DNA of 64,000 nt, taken from contig JBHGNT010000002.1 of assembly GCA_043228905.1 (NCBI GenBank), positions 22,506,001 to 22,570,000 of the forward strand. Direction: 5' to 3'. The notes beneath the pieces were generated by a model that saw nothing but the letters and a program-made list of their open reading frames with translations, was not told where the DNA came from and made no database searches. Positions within the stretch are counted from its first letter, which is position 1, and every line of letters begins with the position of its first letter. The translations under genes and the position numbers were made by a program. Positions 1-12,552 of the stretch are shown here, in pieces. The stretch comes from Azolla caroliniana (lineage: Eukaryota > Plantae > Polypodiophyta).

Positions 1-2929
1 TTCCATTCAAGTCTCCTCCGTCTGTGTTTTGTTTTTTGTTTTCAGTGAGGTTTTCTTCCTTGATCTGCAGAATAGTTTGTTTGTTTGCATTTTTATTTTT
101 TTTTGTTCACAGATCTGCTTGAATTTTTCCTGCAGATTCCACTTTTGTCATAAAACACATACCGTATATATATACACATATAGTATCTATCTGTATGTAT
201 GTATGTATATAGATATAGATAGATAGATAGATATAAGAAGATCATATGAATAATGATATACCATGTAGGGTGTGTTGATCTACTCGACTCAGGAATTATG
301 TATGTACATATGTTTGTATGTATGTTATCCCTGCCACATACATATATATATTATATGTAAGAATATCATACATATTATGTATATATTTTTAATCACTCTC
401 CCAATATCTTTCTTTCTATAACCATGATGGAATTATTCAGCTTTAACACGCTCTTGGCAACAGTTTTGATGGAAATTTATGAACTGAATACTATTTTTAT
501 ACTCGTTACAATTTATATGCATCGAATTGGCTATGGTTTTGTATACGACCTGTTCTCGAGTTTTGCTTCCCTCCATGTCATGTCAGACTTCGATCTTCAC
601 AGCAGTCTCTTGATATTTTAATTTCGACTGACTGAATCACTTGAAATGTGTGTATTTCAATGCTCTGATTGTTTGCTTACTCGGTGACAACAGACTATTG
701 GTTGTTTGTAACCAACCACACACTCTATCGGGTATGCGATGCAGTCCGAATAAATCTTGTTGTGGATTTGATTATGTTTTTGGTCGACAACAAATCTTTA
801 TGCTTTTTTAGAACTTGAATCCTTTTCCACTGCAATCAATAATCATGAGATTATTGAAGAAGTCATACTTTCATAGGGTTTTTCTAAGCTATAATGCAAT
901 CGACAAGATTGAACTAAAGAGGAAGATGCATGAGATAAAAGAGAACAGGTTTTTGTCGTAACTTGTGTGTTCGTAATGCATACAGATACTTCTCCTTTTC
1001 TCGGGTCAGATTCACATATATACAAAATTAAAAATGCTAGTGTGATCTCGCAACAAAAAACAGATATGGCAAATATAACAGAATATGTGGGAGAAGCATG
1101 AATGTTTTTGGTCGTGCAAATACACATTGATGCAGGAGACATTAGCGGTTCCACTAACCTCAACCTCATTTCGTCTTATTCATGATGAAAGTTCACAATT
1201 AGGAATTATTCTGTTATTCAGGTGGACCAAAAACATACTCCGAAAAACGGCTGTCATGCTCACCCCACTAAGTGAGCCCTAATGTTAAGCCCTACACTAC
1301 TAAACTGAGATGCTATACATACTACGATGGGATCAATTTCAGGTGGAAATCAAAAACCAAATGATCTACAACGTAATATGAAATCAGATTCAACATTGGA
1401 GATACACTTTTAAAATGGGATTGCAAAAAGTGTGCGCCAGTATAATTCTGAACAAAAAGAAAATGTTTCCTAGAAATGATTTGAGTATGAATGATGCTTG
1501 ACATAAGATTGATGACAACCCAACCCCCTGAGATGTAGTTAGAGATGCTTTATGGCAATGCTATCTCAGTCATGATCCACCAATTTTCAATTTGCATATT
1601 AAAACTCCATAACTAACTATAGCCTGATTTTCAAATCCTATTTGGGCCTTACTATTAAACATTTTTAACTGAGTCCTAATAGAAGCCATTTTACTGCTGC
1701 AAATTCACTTAAGTGTTACACATAGGCGTGACTTGAATTCAAATACGATTAAACAGTAGCAATTACCCCAGACGAGTGACACAGCAAAACGTTTGATAAG
1801 TTAATGAGAAAACACAACCATATTATCGATTGCAAGATTGTAGAGACATTAGAAATCCCGATGTGCCCAATATCACAGGTAAAAAAATTAGCCTCAATTT
1901 GGCAGAGTTAACGAAAAACACCTGTCTGTCTCTCTATGTATGTACATATAGGACAATTAAACCACTCCAGATGTTGTGAATTTACAAATCTTCAGCAAAG
2001 CGAATACTTGGTTTTAGTAAAATGTATGAGACCTACATATAGAACTTATTATATTGTGGTACATCACTGCAACAACTTATTATAATTATGGTAGCGTGTG
2101 TTCAGATTACCACTATAGTCACATAGTTTGGCATTGGTTGCATTTTCCTAGCAGAGTTTAGACCCTTGGGAGCATTTGAAACTGTCACTTCCCAACTCCC
2201 CACAGAAACAAAAATGTAGAGGATGAACAGAAGGTAACGACAGCAAAAGAAATTTTGCACTTCAACAAACCGCATGATGGTCAGTTGGTCATCACCTTTG
2301 CATATCACTATAGGTTAGCTCTTTTGGAAATAAATTGCTAAAACATTTGAATAAAAAAACACTGCAATTAATCACGACAACAGCTTGAAACATCAAATTA
2401 TTCAAGAACTATTCTAAACTTGAATAACAATTATATCTTGACAACTAATTATTCAACAGCTACTTCATGCAGACTAGCAAAATAGACAGCTCCCAAATTT
2501 GAAGATCATTTGCATAGGCAAATGCACCAAGTGTAAAATTTGGTTGGAAATGCCAAAACAAATATGGCTCAACAAGAAGCATGAAGTCCTACATTTAACC
2601 CAATATAAAGAAGAAAATATAACAGTGCTGCCATACATATTTAAATAACAAGAAACCATTTGATGTCTGATGTGAGATGTAACATGTCGACAGATAGAAG
2701 AATGACAATTCAATGTAATTAATATGATCCAACATAGTAACTTACGATATGTAAAAAAAAGCCTTATTAGCAATAAGGACCCTCGAATACTGAACTTGTA
2801 TGGTTTCTGGACAATGAAAGCGTGTCATTCACAAGCTACTAACGTTGCAAATCCACTTCCAAGTACGCAGGTTTCTAACCAGAGTAAGTACAAGAATTAC
2901 ACAACTATTCTTTATCAGTTTACGTTTTA

Positions 2930-3485
2930 AGAGGAAGTTGTAAGCATTTTTCCAACTATGCAAATTTCTAATTATATCATATTAAAGAATTCCTGATGGA
3001 GTTACATCTTTTTTCTAGATATGCAGATTCCAGAGGAGCTACATGGTAATGTATCTGATGAAATAGAAGATGAAGTAAAACCAGCACATTAATTTAGGGG
3101 AGGACATCTCAAACATTCCTCCTGCTGCCCAGTTTCCATGCAGTGAAGCTATCGTAGTAGAGAAGCGTTCACACAAGAAAACAATGTATTAAAGAACTCC
3201 AGAAAAATAAGTTAACAACATTTTTTCCATTGATGAAAAATCTAAACTAAATTATGTTCCAGAATTCCAGAGAAAGTTACAACCTTTTTTCCACTTACGC
3301 AAACTCCAAACTACATACCATGTTCAAGAACTCAGGAATCACATGAAATATGCAAACTCTTAATTAGACCATGTTCAATAACTCCAGAGAGCTTTGAAAA
3401 CTTCCTTTATTTATGCAAACCCTTAATTCGAATATGGTTAAGAACTCTAGGAGAAGTTAATTTCTTTCTTCTTCATATGCAAAAC
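2930..3485. repeat. Degenerate tandem repeat of roughly 60-70 bp, downstream of DPH3
   Basis: About 7 recurrences of a unit like ATGTTCAAGAACTCCAGAGAAGTT...TTTTTCCA..TATGCAAACT. Confidence 0.6.
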
Positions 3486-3602
3486 AAAAAATATATCCCA
3501 ATGACACACAGAATCCGTAGGTTTAATACATCTCGGTCAACAAAGACAACATAGAAACCAATACACTAGTAAAACTAACATAGTTTGTGATGATGATGAG
3601 CT

Positions 3603-3845
3603 TTAGGTTGCTGCTGTAATGGTGGTCATCGCAGAGACTGGAGGGGGGGGTTTGTCTTGATAATCTTCCAAGTTGTAGATAACAGTAATGTAAAGGGAGC
3701 AACTTGGACAGCGAGCGATCTCCTCTCCTATCTTCAAATCTTCCCGAGTGATCTGGAACAGATCTCCACAAGGGCAAGGATAGGTATATGCTTGCAGCTC
3801 TTCGTTCCACTCCATATCCTCTATCTCAACATCGTCGTACGACAT
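3603..3845 (-). CDS. DPH3: Diphthamide biosynthesis protein 3 (CSL zinc finger, DPH3/KTI11), 80 aa, single coding exon
   Basis: MSYDDVEIEDMEW...YTYPCPCGDLF...ARCPSCSLYITVIY carries the CPCG and CPSCSL motifs of the zf-CSL family. ATG at 3845, TAA at 3605-3603. Confidence 0.93.
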   Translation of the reverse strand: MSYDDVEIEDMEWNEELQAYTYPCPCGDLFQITREDLKIGEEIARCPSCSLYITVIYNLEDYQDKPPPPVSAMTTITAAT

Positions 3846-3930
3846 CTCTCTGTCTTTCTCTTTCTTTGTTCTCTTTCCTTCTGTTTCCTTCCGAACCCGC
3901 TTCCCTTCCACTTTCTCTCCTATTTTCCTT

Positions 3931-4029
3931 CTACAATTTCTATACCACGAGAAAGATAACCGACACGCCTGTTCGTTCTTTCCTTATATTCTTCTCAAGC
4001 AAAGAGAGCGCAGAAAGAAGCCTTCTTAC
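3931..4029 (-). other. Probable 5'-UTR intron of DPH3
   Basis: Minus strand AAAG|GTAAGA donor at 4029 and TTGTAG| acceptor at 3931. A purine-rich, ATG-free leader follows to the start codon. Confidence 0.6.
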
Positions 4030-4280
4030 CTTTGTGGAGTGGGATGATTCTGTTGAGAAAGGGAGGAGGAATAACACAGAAAAGCTTGTCTTTCTTCGGC
4101 TGTGTTTCGTCGTTTATACTCTAGTTTCTGTGCCTGTAGAAAGAGCTGATTGCTCTTCCTTCCGCTACTTCTTCTCGAGATTTTGTGCAGAAGATAGACA
4201 CAGCGGCGAAGGCTCGAGAAAAGAAGCTTCGATCTCCTTCTCCTGCACCACAGCCTGCGCTCCTGAGGAGAAAGCAAGAT

Positions 4281-4290
4281 ATTAGGGTTT
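4281..4290 (-). promoter_or_regulatory. Telo-box (AAACCCTAAT) near the likely DPH3 transcription start
   Basis: Plus strand ATTAGGGTTT. Telo-boxes are typical of plant translation-machinery genes, which fits DPH3. Confidence 0.55.
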
Positions 4291-5050
4291 CCTAAACAGG
4301 AAAAGAGAAGGAGGACTAAGATTGTAGTTTTACAGTAATTCAGAATTTTTGAGCCAAAGTCATTAAGATATGCTCGTAGATTATATATGTAATTAAGAAG
4401 CTTAATCAACTCATAATTAAGCACCTGTTTATGCTAATCGTGTCGAGTTGTGACGATTCATTCGCACTACTTACGGATGAGTGTCACTAATTATAATACC
4501 TTCCCCTTGCGTGTTTTTTCCCGAGCCATTCATACATATACATATATCACCAGTTGGATGCTTAAAAATGAGGTACAAAACAAACAAACTTGACAAACTT
4601 TGGTTGCTTAGAAGCATGCAAATTTTACAAGAGAAATACTTGTCGAAGATCCCATCAATTTGAAGACTATCATAAAAAGATTGTGATCGTGATGATTTTT
4701 CCACTCGACAAAATGCCTGGGACCAACGACATGCTTACATAGGGTTCTCTCAATCATCAAGGTTTGTCAACCATGTGGCAAGTCCACTTGACTTCCCGAA
4801 ATCTAAACCTAAAAGACTGGAGGTTGTATATGTAGACCCAATGAGCTTTCTGAAGTTTCAATGGCTTCCAAAGTTTGTGAAGAGTTGAACTTTGCCTTGA
4901 CTCTCATGATCACCTTTGTGGAACGAAATGGTCATCACCTGAATGCAAATTCCAATCTTATACTTTTACACACTCTTTTTGCAAGGCTAGTAAGTGAAGC
5001 TCAAACAATGACGAGCAACTTGGAATAGTATTAGTTGTTGGGTATGTTGT

Positions 5051-5165
5051 TAGGAATTGACAATGGTTCGGTTTAGGCTTAATTGGTTTGGTAAGCCAAA
5101 ACCATTTTGGGGTTCTCAAACCGGAACAAAACCAAACCAAACCGATCCCTAAACCAGATTGGGAC
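5051..5165. mobile_element. hAT-like MITE fragment
   Basis: TAGGAATTGACAATGGTTCGGTTT start plus AAACC/GGTTT subterminal motifs like those of the two complete hAT MITEs in this window. No TSD found. Confidence 0.35.
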
Positions 5166-5786
5166 AAAAAAACCTTTAGGGGTGTGAAGAAACCCAAAAA
5201 ACACCACTACCACTTCCTCCTACTCTTTTTCTCCTCCTCATAACACCCACCCCCTCGGCCTTACCACTGATGCATATAAATTCAACCCCAAGTCCCACCT
5301 CCACGACTACCTCTCCGTAGACTACTACAATTGGTCGGCTGATATCCACGAATCTCCTACCTCCCACCACCCGAACCATGAGCCCCAAGGCTATGGTGAT
5401 CTCTCACTCTCGGTGATCCAATCCTTGTTGACATTATGGAACATGTTCCTTTTTTGGCAATATAGAGGCTCCGATTTGGGGGGGGGCATCTTCGTATCTT
5501 GTTATATTCTTCTAGTATATCAAATACCAACTTAATTGTCCGATAACCAATATGTGATCCCAAGGTTCATGAAGAATCGCGAGTGTGTGCTCGCATTACA
5601 CGTCCTCTCTCCTCAATACTCTAGACTTTTCCTCTATATATATCCAGACAAAGTACGAGACACAGACCAATGAGGTAACGAAACTCGGACATGGCATCAA
5701 CCAATGAGGTGTGCGTGTGTTTGTGCCGAAAATGAGAAGACTATGAATGGTTATACTTATAACTTATGCTGTATATGATCTCTCTG

Positions 5787-6059
5787 TAAATCCTTCTTGA
5801 ATGAACCCCAAAACTTCACACACACACACACACACACTCTCTCTCTCTCTCTCTCTCTCTCTTTAAAAATCCTTCCTCAATGAACCCCAAAACTTCACCA
5901 CACACACACACACACTCTCTCTCTCTCTCTAAAAATCCTTCTTGAATGAACCCCAAAATTCTCTCACACACACACACTCACTCTCTCTCACCACACACAC
6001 ACACACACACACACTCACACACTCTCTCTCTAAAAATCCTTCTTGAATGAACCCCAAAA

Positions 6060-6096
<37 letters not shown>

Positions 6097-6257
6097 TCTC
6101 TCTCTCTCTCTCTCACCACACACACACACACTCACTCTCTCTCTCACTCGTACACACACACACACACACACTCACTCTCTCTCTCTCTCTCTCACCACAC
6201 ACACACACGCACTCTCTCTCTCTCTCTCTAAAAATCCTTCTTGAATGAACCCCAAAA

Positions 6258-6324
<67 letters not shown>

Positions 6325-6339
6325 GGAAATATATTCCAG

Positions 6340-6377
<38 letters not shown>

Positions 6378-6380
6378 CTG
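5787..6380. repeat. Compound repeat: five copies of a ~30-nt core separated by (CA)n/(CT)n tracts, followed by (CG)(CA)(GA) microsatellites
   Basis: Core TAAAAATCCTTCTTGAATGAACCCCAAAACT at about 5787, 5864, 5930, 6031 and 6229. Confidence 0.9.
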
Positions 6381-6384
6381 AACA

Positions 6385-9300
6385 ATGGCCACCTCTTCTC
6401 TTTGTGTTTTGACAATAGCTCTGGGCTTTCTGCTTTCATGCTCTGTATCTTCTGTTTCATCCTCCACAGATGATGCAGAAGAACTTGGTACCCTCCGAAT
6501 TGTCTTCCAGGTCCCATCTCAAACTCTTGAATCAAATCAATATTCTTTTAACTTTGTTGCCTGTTACTTTGCATCTGTATCGTCTACTCTATGGCTGCTG
6601 CCTGCTCTGCTCTCTATCATTTGTCACCCATCGCTATAACATGCAGAAAACAAGCAATTTCTTCATCAAATTATTCCAGTAGGTGCTATGTCTTGCGCCA
6701 GGATAGTTAGATTTGTGTCTGAAAGATCCAAAAGGCTTGTCATTGGATTGTAGGAAACTTTTGTGTTAATGTCAATTTTATGCCTTGATCTGGTTCTCAT
6801 AATGCTCGACAAAGGTTAAATAAAACTGCTAGTATAATGCTCCAGAAATCATCTGCATAAAAAATGAATGGTTTCAAGCCTTTTATCTAATTTCTTTTAC
6901 GCACCATATTGATAAATTGTCACCATTCATTTTCTACATGTGAAAACATGAGTTCTTTTATTTAAATTATAACTCTACAAAAGTCAGATGCCATGATTGA
7001 AAAATGATGGAGAAATATAAGGAGCCCATACTTCAAGCATATGACTGCTGGAGCACAGATTGCCATTTTCTTGACACTTTGTAGTGTTAATGCTCATACT
7101 GTCTCTTATGCAGAGCCATTGATAAACTTACCACCCAATTATAATATTTTTTCAATCATTCTCTCCTGAAGATTACATTTTGTTTTCCTAGTGTTCATTA
7201 ACAGAACGACAATAAAGTCAAGAAACGAGGCACAGCACAAAAGAGAACAAACCTTGTGAAAGAGTCTAACAAAATATTACAGGGGTATGAGATGCATATG
7301 AGTAGGCAAGAAGCCTTGTGTATAGCCTGAGGAAATGGGCTCAAACGAACACACAAGAGAGAAAGACTAGATGAAAACCATATGAGAAAATGACTACCTC
7401 TATATACACCTCAACTTGGGTGAGATTCCTACATATCTTTATAATCAACTAATTCTGCCAGCAAACTAATATTGAAGTAAATACCCCTTAATTAGCTTGC
7501 TGTTGTATCACCCTAACTCCTTTGCTGTAAATGCCTCTTAACACCTCCCGTCAGCACCATCTGTGTCCTACAAACAATGAAATGTAAATGAGCTACCAAA
7601 GTCTTTGGCTGGCAGAATACTTGAGCGTTGAAATCGAGAATGAGGATGTGGTAACAAACATAATGATCCTGCATCTCAATATGTCTCAGTAGGCATGAAA
7701 GACATGGTTCTGAGTGAAGGAAAGGATGACAGAGAGGATGAAGTGGAGATAGATCTACATTGGTAAGCTTAAACAAAAAATAGTATTTTGGAAGCTTGAT
7801 GAGAGGCGTTGTTGGGGATTGATCTTGATGTTGCTTACTCAATTCATAAGCTGAACATGGGAGGGTGTGTTTGGGGCAAGGCATCTGTTATGGAGTCTTT
7901 GGGTCTGAATGAAGATCCTTCATGTTCTTGTTGTGCCAAACCTTCACAAAATACTATAATATCCGAAATGGTCACATTATCATTCCCAAAGATAACTTGA
8001 GTTCCCGATGTGTTGAAAAAATGCAACAAATAATATGTTGAGGAATAGATGCTAAACAGACAAAGCCTCTATCAATTTGTTTGTCAAAAGAATTGAAAAC
8101 CAGAATTGTGCTTGTTCCAGCTCCTAAAGCTGGATAGGAACTGGCTTGAGTGATGTTTTGATGTTCCCAAGAGGAGACCATGCATATATTCAGGTTTTCT
8201 TCTCTTAATATTTTGGCTATACGCATTCACGCACTATTATCACTCTCTGGTCTATTGATCATTGACAATAAACTTGATTATAAGATTTGTGCAGACTTAA
8301 GGAAATCATGTAGTGACACATGCTAATCATCAGTAAAATAGGAGATATATATTAATAAATAAAGTTTATTACAAACGAGTCAAATTCTTTTGCCATTATT
8401 AGAAGCAGTTCTCGCATGTTATGGGACTGAAAATATTTAAAACTTTTGGCACAAAATTCAATATTTCTTTCGTAGCATGTCAATCTCCAGAATTTTGTTT
8501 GGGATTTGTTTAATCATACATGTCTTAAGTCTTAGACAAGGACAATGTCGTAATGCAGACAAAATATGGGGACATTGAGTTTGGATTTTTTGAGCATGTA
8601 GCCCCAAAAACTGTTGATCATATAAGAAAGCTCATTCAACTAGGTGCCTATAACACCAACCATTTTTTTAGGGTGAGGTACACCAGTTTTTTTATGTTTT
8701 CTACAATCTTTATTGAAAGAAGAATGATTACATTCACAATTAAGGTGGACAATTTTGGCAGGTAGACAAAGGTTTTGTTGCACAAGTAGCTGATGTCATA
8801 TATGGAAGAGAGGCACCTTTGAATGCCGAACAACGGGAAGAAGGGGAGAAAACCATTGTTGGCGAATTCTCTGATGTAAAGCACACAAAGGGTATTCTTT
8901 CAATGGGAAGGTTAGAGAACTTCAAGAACTTTTTGATGATTCACATACTTGGTTGCGTAGACAAGGCATATTCGCTCTATTGTAGGTGGTGGATTATATA
9001 CGAAGTTCTAATTAAGGGACCGGTCATGGTAATTAATTTGGAAGTGCTTCAAATGTTTACTTTAAAATGCATGTTCTAAAGTGTCCTGGTTTAATCCAAG
9101 ATTTAATTGTCCAACTATAGCTATAGAGGATTCAAAGCATTATTTCCATTCATGAACTTTCATGTAATCGAAGTTGATGCGAACAATAGTATCCTTGGTA
9201 TAGATCGTCACCTTCCCCTTCTTCAATTATTATGATGACTTGAGTACTCAGGAGAACACATAGAAGGTTGAACTCCTATGTGTATGTCTTACACATCGAA

Positions 9301-12300
9301 GCTTTGTGCCTTGAAGTATGAATATCCCTTCTCAGAAAGGAGATGCACATCAAGAAAACTTGTGCACTCAGGTTCCATGGGTCAATATTGGCCTCTCTAT
9401 GGATGCCAAAAACTATCTATCTATCTATAATCATCAATCATGAGAGGCCCAAAACATTGATACAAAAACAGTGGTGGACCATGATCAGAACCAATATCCT
9501 TGAAGTTCTATGAAACTTGTGCACAGTAAGAATATCCCATCAATTTCTCGAAAGGATTGAATGCTACAGTTGTTTCTTTGTTGTGGTTTATGAATTAAAT
9601 GAGGAGTGAAAGGATCTTAGCCAATATCTTTATTGTAAAGAAAAGTGGAGCCTTCAGGATTCCTGTCAATGACTGTATATACCCTGATTCTTGAGTTATT
9701 TGAGATTCTGTCACCTGTGATCGGATTTTGCTGCCTTATGCTAGATGTATATATTACATTATTAATATTAGAGCTTAAATGATACTTGTGCATGGATGGT
9801 GTTGTAAAATGTTTCACATGGACCTGGATCCATAAAGCTTTTCCAGTAAATCCATACTTGATGGCTTGCATTATGCATTATGCATAATATTCAAATTGTT
9901 CTATATTCATGTAAACTGAAGACAACCTGTTTCACTACAATCTCCTTTATGTTGAGGCAACTGAATGAGAAGTTTTGCCAAAGTATTATGTGCATGAAAA
10001 TGATATACAAGAATAACTTGACAAAAATCTCGAAAATATATATTTCAGGGATTTTAAAGGAACTCAAATTATAAAGCCTTATTACGAACTTGACAAGAAT
10101 CTATAAGAGGCAGCATGATAGAAAAGGCTCTAATTGATACAAAAATTGGTTCATGATAAGATGAAATTACAGGCAAGAAAATTAAAACTCTAGAGGAGCT
10201 AACTTGCATGAGCCTCATAATTGATGTGGTCAAACCATTTCACTTTTGGACTTGTATGCTCAAGAAATTTAAGACTGTCAACTTCATTATGAGTAGCCTA
10301 GAAAAGACTGTCCTCACTAATCACATCACGAGTGCTCAAGTCGGCCCTGATAAGGGCATGTCTACATGCTGGATATTACGGGCTATCCACACTAGAGGGA
10401 GCACTCTAAAATTCAAATCCCCATCAGGATGTGTAAGGATGTGGACTTCTTCCTCATAGTTGCTAATTACTTGAACAATAGTTGCTTCACCATAAAGGTG
10501 CAATATACCATGATGTTGACATCTATGCAAATTGTTGTTTCTCTCGTATGTACCTGATAGAACTTTTTGCACTCCAAGTTGTCAACCTTTTAGTTTGCTC
10601 AGAGTGAGTATCCAGCGTTTTCAAAGTCTTCTTATTTAAATAATAGATTTTCGATGATCAGAATGACCTAATGTCTACAAATCTGTGTTGAGATTACAGG
10701 CACAGTGATCCAGATAGTGCAGGCTCATCTTTCTCCATACTTCTTGGAGATGCTCCACATCTGGATAGACAGGCACACATTTTAGTTCACTGATTTGATG
10801 TTTTTTCTATCTAAAACCTAATCTGTGGTATTTTTATGCATTCATTGACTTAAAGGGTTATTCAAATCTTCAACAGTATGCAATTTTTGGTAAGGTGACA
10901 AAGGGCTATGATACCCTTACGAGGTTTGAAGAGCTGCCAACAAAGAAGGAAGGAATATTTGTTATGGTAATTGCCAGGAAGGGATATTATAATTTTCCTA
11001 ACCTATATGTACATATAAGCATACATGCACGCATGCATTTGTATCCATCCATCCATTCATGCATGCATGCATGTACACATGCCTATGTCTACGTATGTCA
11101 TGTGCATATTACACATATTGCATACACACATACATATGCACACGCACAGACACACACAGACACATACACACACAGATATACATATATGCACATATATCCA
11201 TGTATGTGTGTGCGCATGTCACGCACATAGTGCATATACACACAGATAAAAAATATATATACATAGCCCATGCAAGTTTATTGATTGTTTTTTCCTTTTG
11301 GAATTTGTATTCAACTGAATATTAGCCTTTGGAGCGCATAACCATTCTTTCCACTTATTACTATGGTAAGAATGGTTCTTGTTGATTGTGTTCGTTTGTT
11401 CCTTTTCAAGGTTGCATTTTAAGATTTCATCTGTTTCCTAATGGCTGAGGCATTGTTCAGATATGACAGTGAAGTCATCAGAACTTACATGTGAGGAAAA
11501 GATCACCTTGCTTAGGCATCAAATGGCTAGATCAAGCTATAATGCATCACAGGTTTGTTTTTCTTTGTGTCTCTAGAAAAAATCACTAGATTAGATTATT
11601 GTGGGGATTACCTGAACTATAACTCATGAAAAAATGGAGAGTGATGGTGTCATATTAAAAAATTGCACCTTAAAGTTTTTGTCTAAAGGCACGTATACAC
11701 ATGAAAAGAGCTAAAGCAGCTCAAAATTGTTTAAAATATTACCAGAATACCCACTGTTGATGGGTGGTTACCTGCCATGGGCTAGGTCCTGTCTCATAGA
11801 TCATAATTGGTCCTCTGTGGGCATCATAAAGATAACAATCTATCTGTCTCCAATACTCCACTCTTCTTGTAAGAAACTCATTAATGTTATGCAAATGAAA
11901 TGAGGAAATAAAGAAGAAAAGATGCTAGACTCTACCCCCTAATGAAGGCACAAGACAATCTCCGAGTCCCCTGTCAGCGTCCCATACCACTTAGTACAGA
12001 CATGGATTATACCTTGGGTTTGGAGGAACACGTGTATGCAGCCACATTGATGGCGTCTCCACGTAATAACTCTTGTCCATTCATGAAGGTAGCTATCATT
12101 CTTTTATAGGCCCAAACCCTTTGCCCTTGTCTATTGACACTTGACTACTTTATTAGAAGTGGTCAAGTGATGAAATACTCAGAAGTTATTTCCTACTGAA
12201 GGATTGAGAATAACCAATCCTTACCCTTCATTCCTTATGAAGATGAACTAGCCCACACCTAGGCACCCCCTCCCATTTTTATGTCTGTTTCCCCGAACCT

Positions 12301-12552
12301 AATATCCCTTTTTGTACTGCCGCTGGTTTCCTTGCTAATATACAAAATCATTTTCATAGAAGTTGGGGAAGTTTTTTAGGTTACTTGTGATTACTTGAGT
12401 ACTCTATATGTAATTGAAGTTATTTCATGTGTGACTTGCAGCAGAGTATACTCGCAGGATTGATCCTAGGTGTGCTATTAGGATGTTTAATCATTCTAGC
12501 GATGGCTTGGAAGAGAGGATGGTGGCAAGGAATGACCAAACCTAAAGTATAA
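6385..12552 (+). CDS. CYP23: Cyclophilin-type peptidyl-prolyl cis-trans isomerase, CYP23-like, with signal peptide and C-terminal transmembrane helix (264 aa)
   Basis: Exons 6385-6510, 8559-8672, 8762-8910, 10700-10772, 10877-10966, 11326-11365, 11461-11552 and 12442-12552 total 795 nt with consistent phases. Translation LGTLRIVFQ/TKYGDIEFGF..APKTV..YNTNHFFR/VDKGFVAQVAD..GEFSDVKH.KGILSMGR/..SSFSILLGDAPHLDRQ/YAIFGKVTKG..EGIFVM/PLERITILSTYYY follows Arabidopsis CYP23 as recalled. Confidence 0.9.
10200..10600 (-). mobile_element. Possible highly degraded Copia integrase relic in CYP23 intron 3
   Basis: Only short motif echoes (CQHHGILH, YKSKSE). No termini found. Confidence 0.25.
11010..11270. 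repeat. Imperfect (CA/TA/CATG)n microsatellite in CYP23 intron 5
   Basis: Alternating purine-pyrimidine tract, e.g. catacacacatacatatgcacacgcacagacacacac. Confidence 0.85.

Noticed and set aside
1-2900. Possible gene or UTR in the first 3 kb
   Set aside because: Short ORFs without motifs and only microsatellites; nothing supportable.
3846-3911. N-terminal extension of DPH3 in the ORF track
   Set aside because: Starts at GTG in a purine-rich leader; family homology begins at the ATG at 3845.
3788-4424. ORFs of 165 aa (+) and 132 aa (-)
   Set aside because: They overlap the DPH3 leader and promoter, have no recognisable domain and use non-ATG or antisense starts.
5787-6260. CRISPR-like repeat/spacer look
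   Set aside because: Eukaryotic context, spacers are pure microsatellites of unequal length, no cas genes.
5929-6535. ORFs rich in CV/ER/HT/SL repeats
   Set aside because: Translations of microsatellites.
7513-8226. ORFs inside CYP23 intron 1
   Set aside because: No coherent domain; at most a faint Copia RT echo (DVAYSIHKL).
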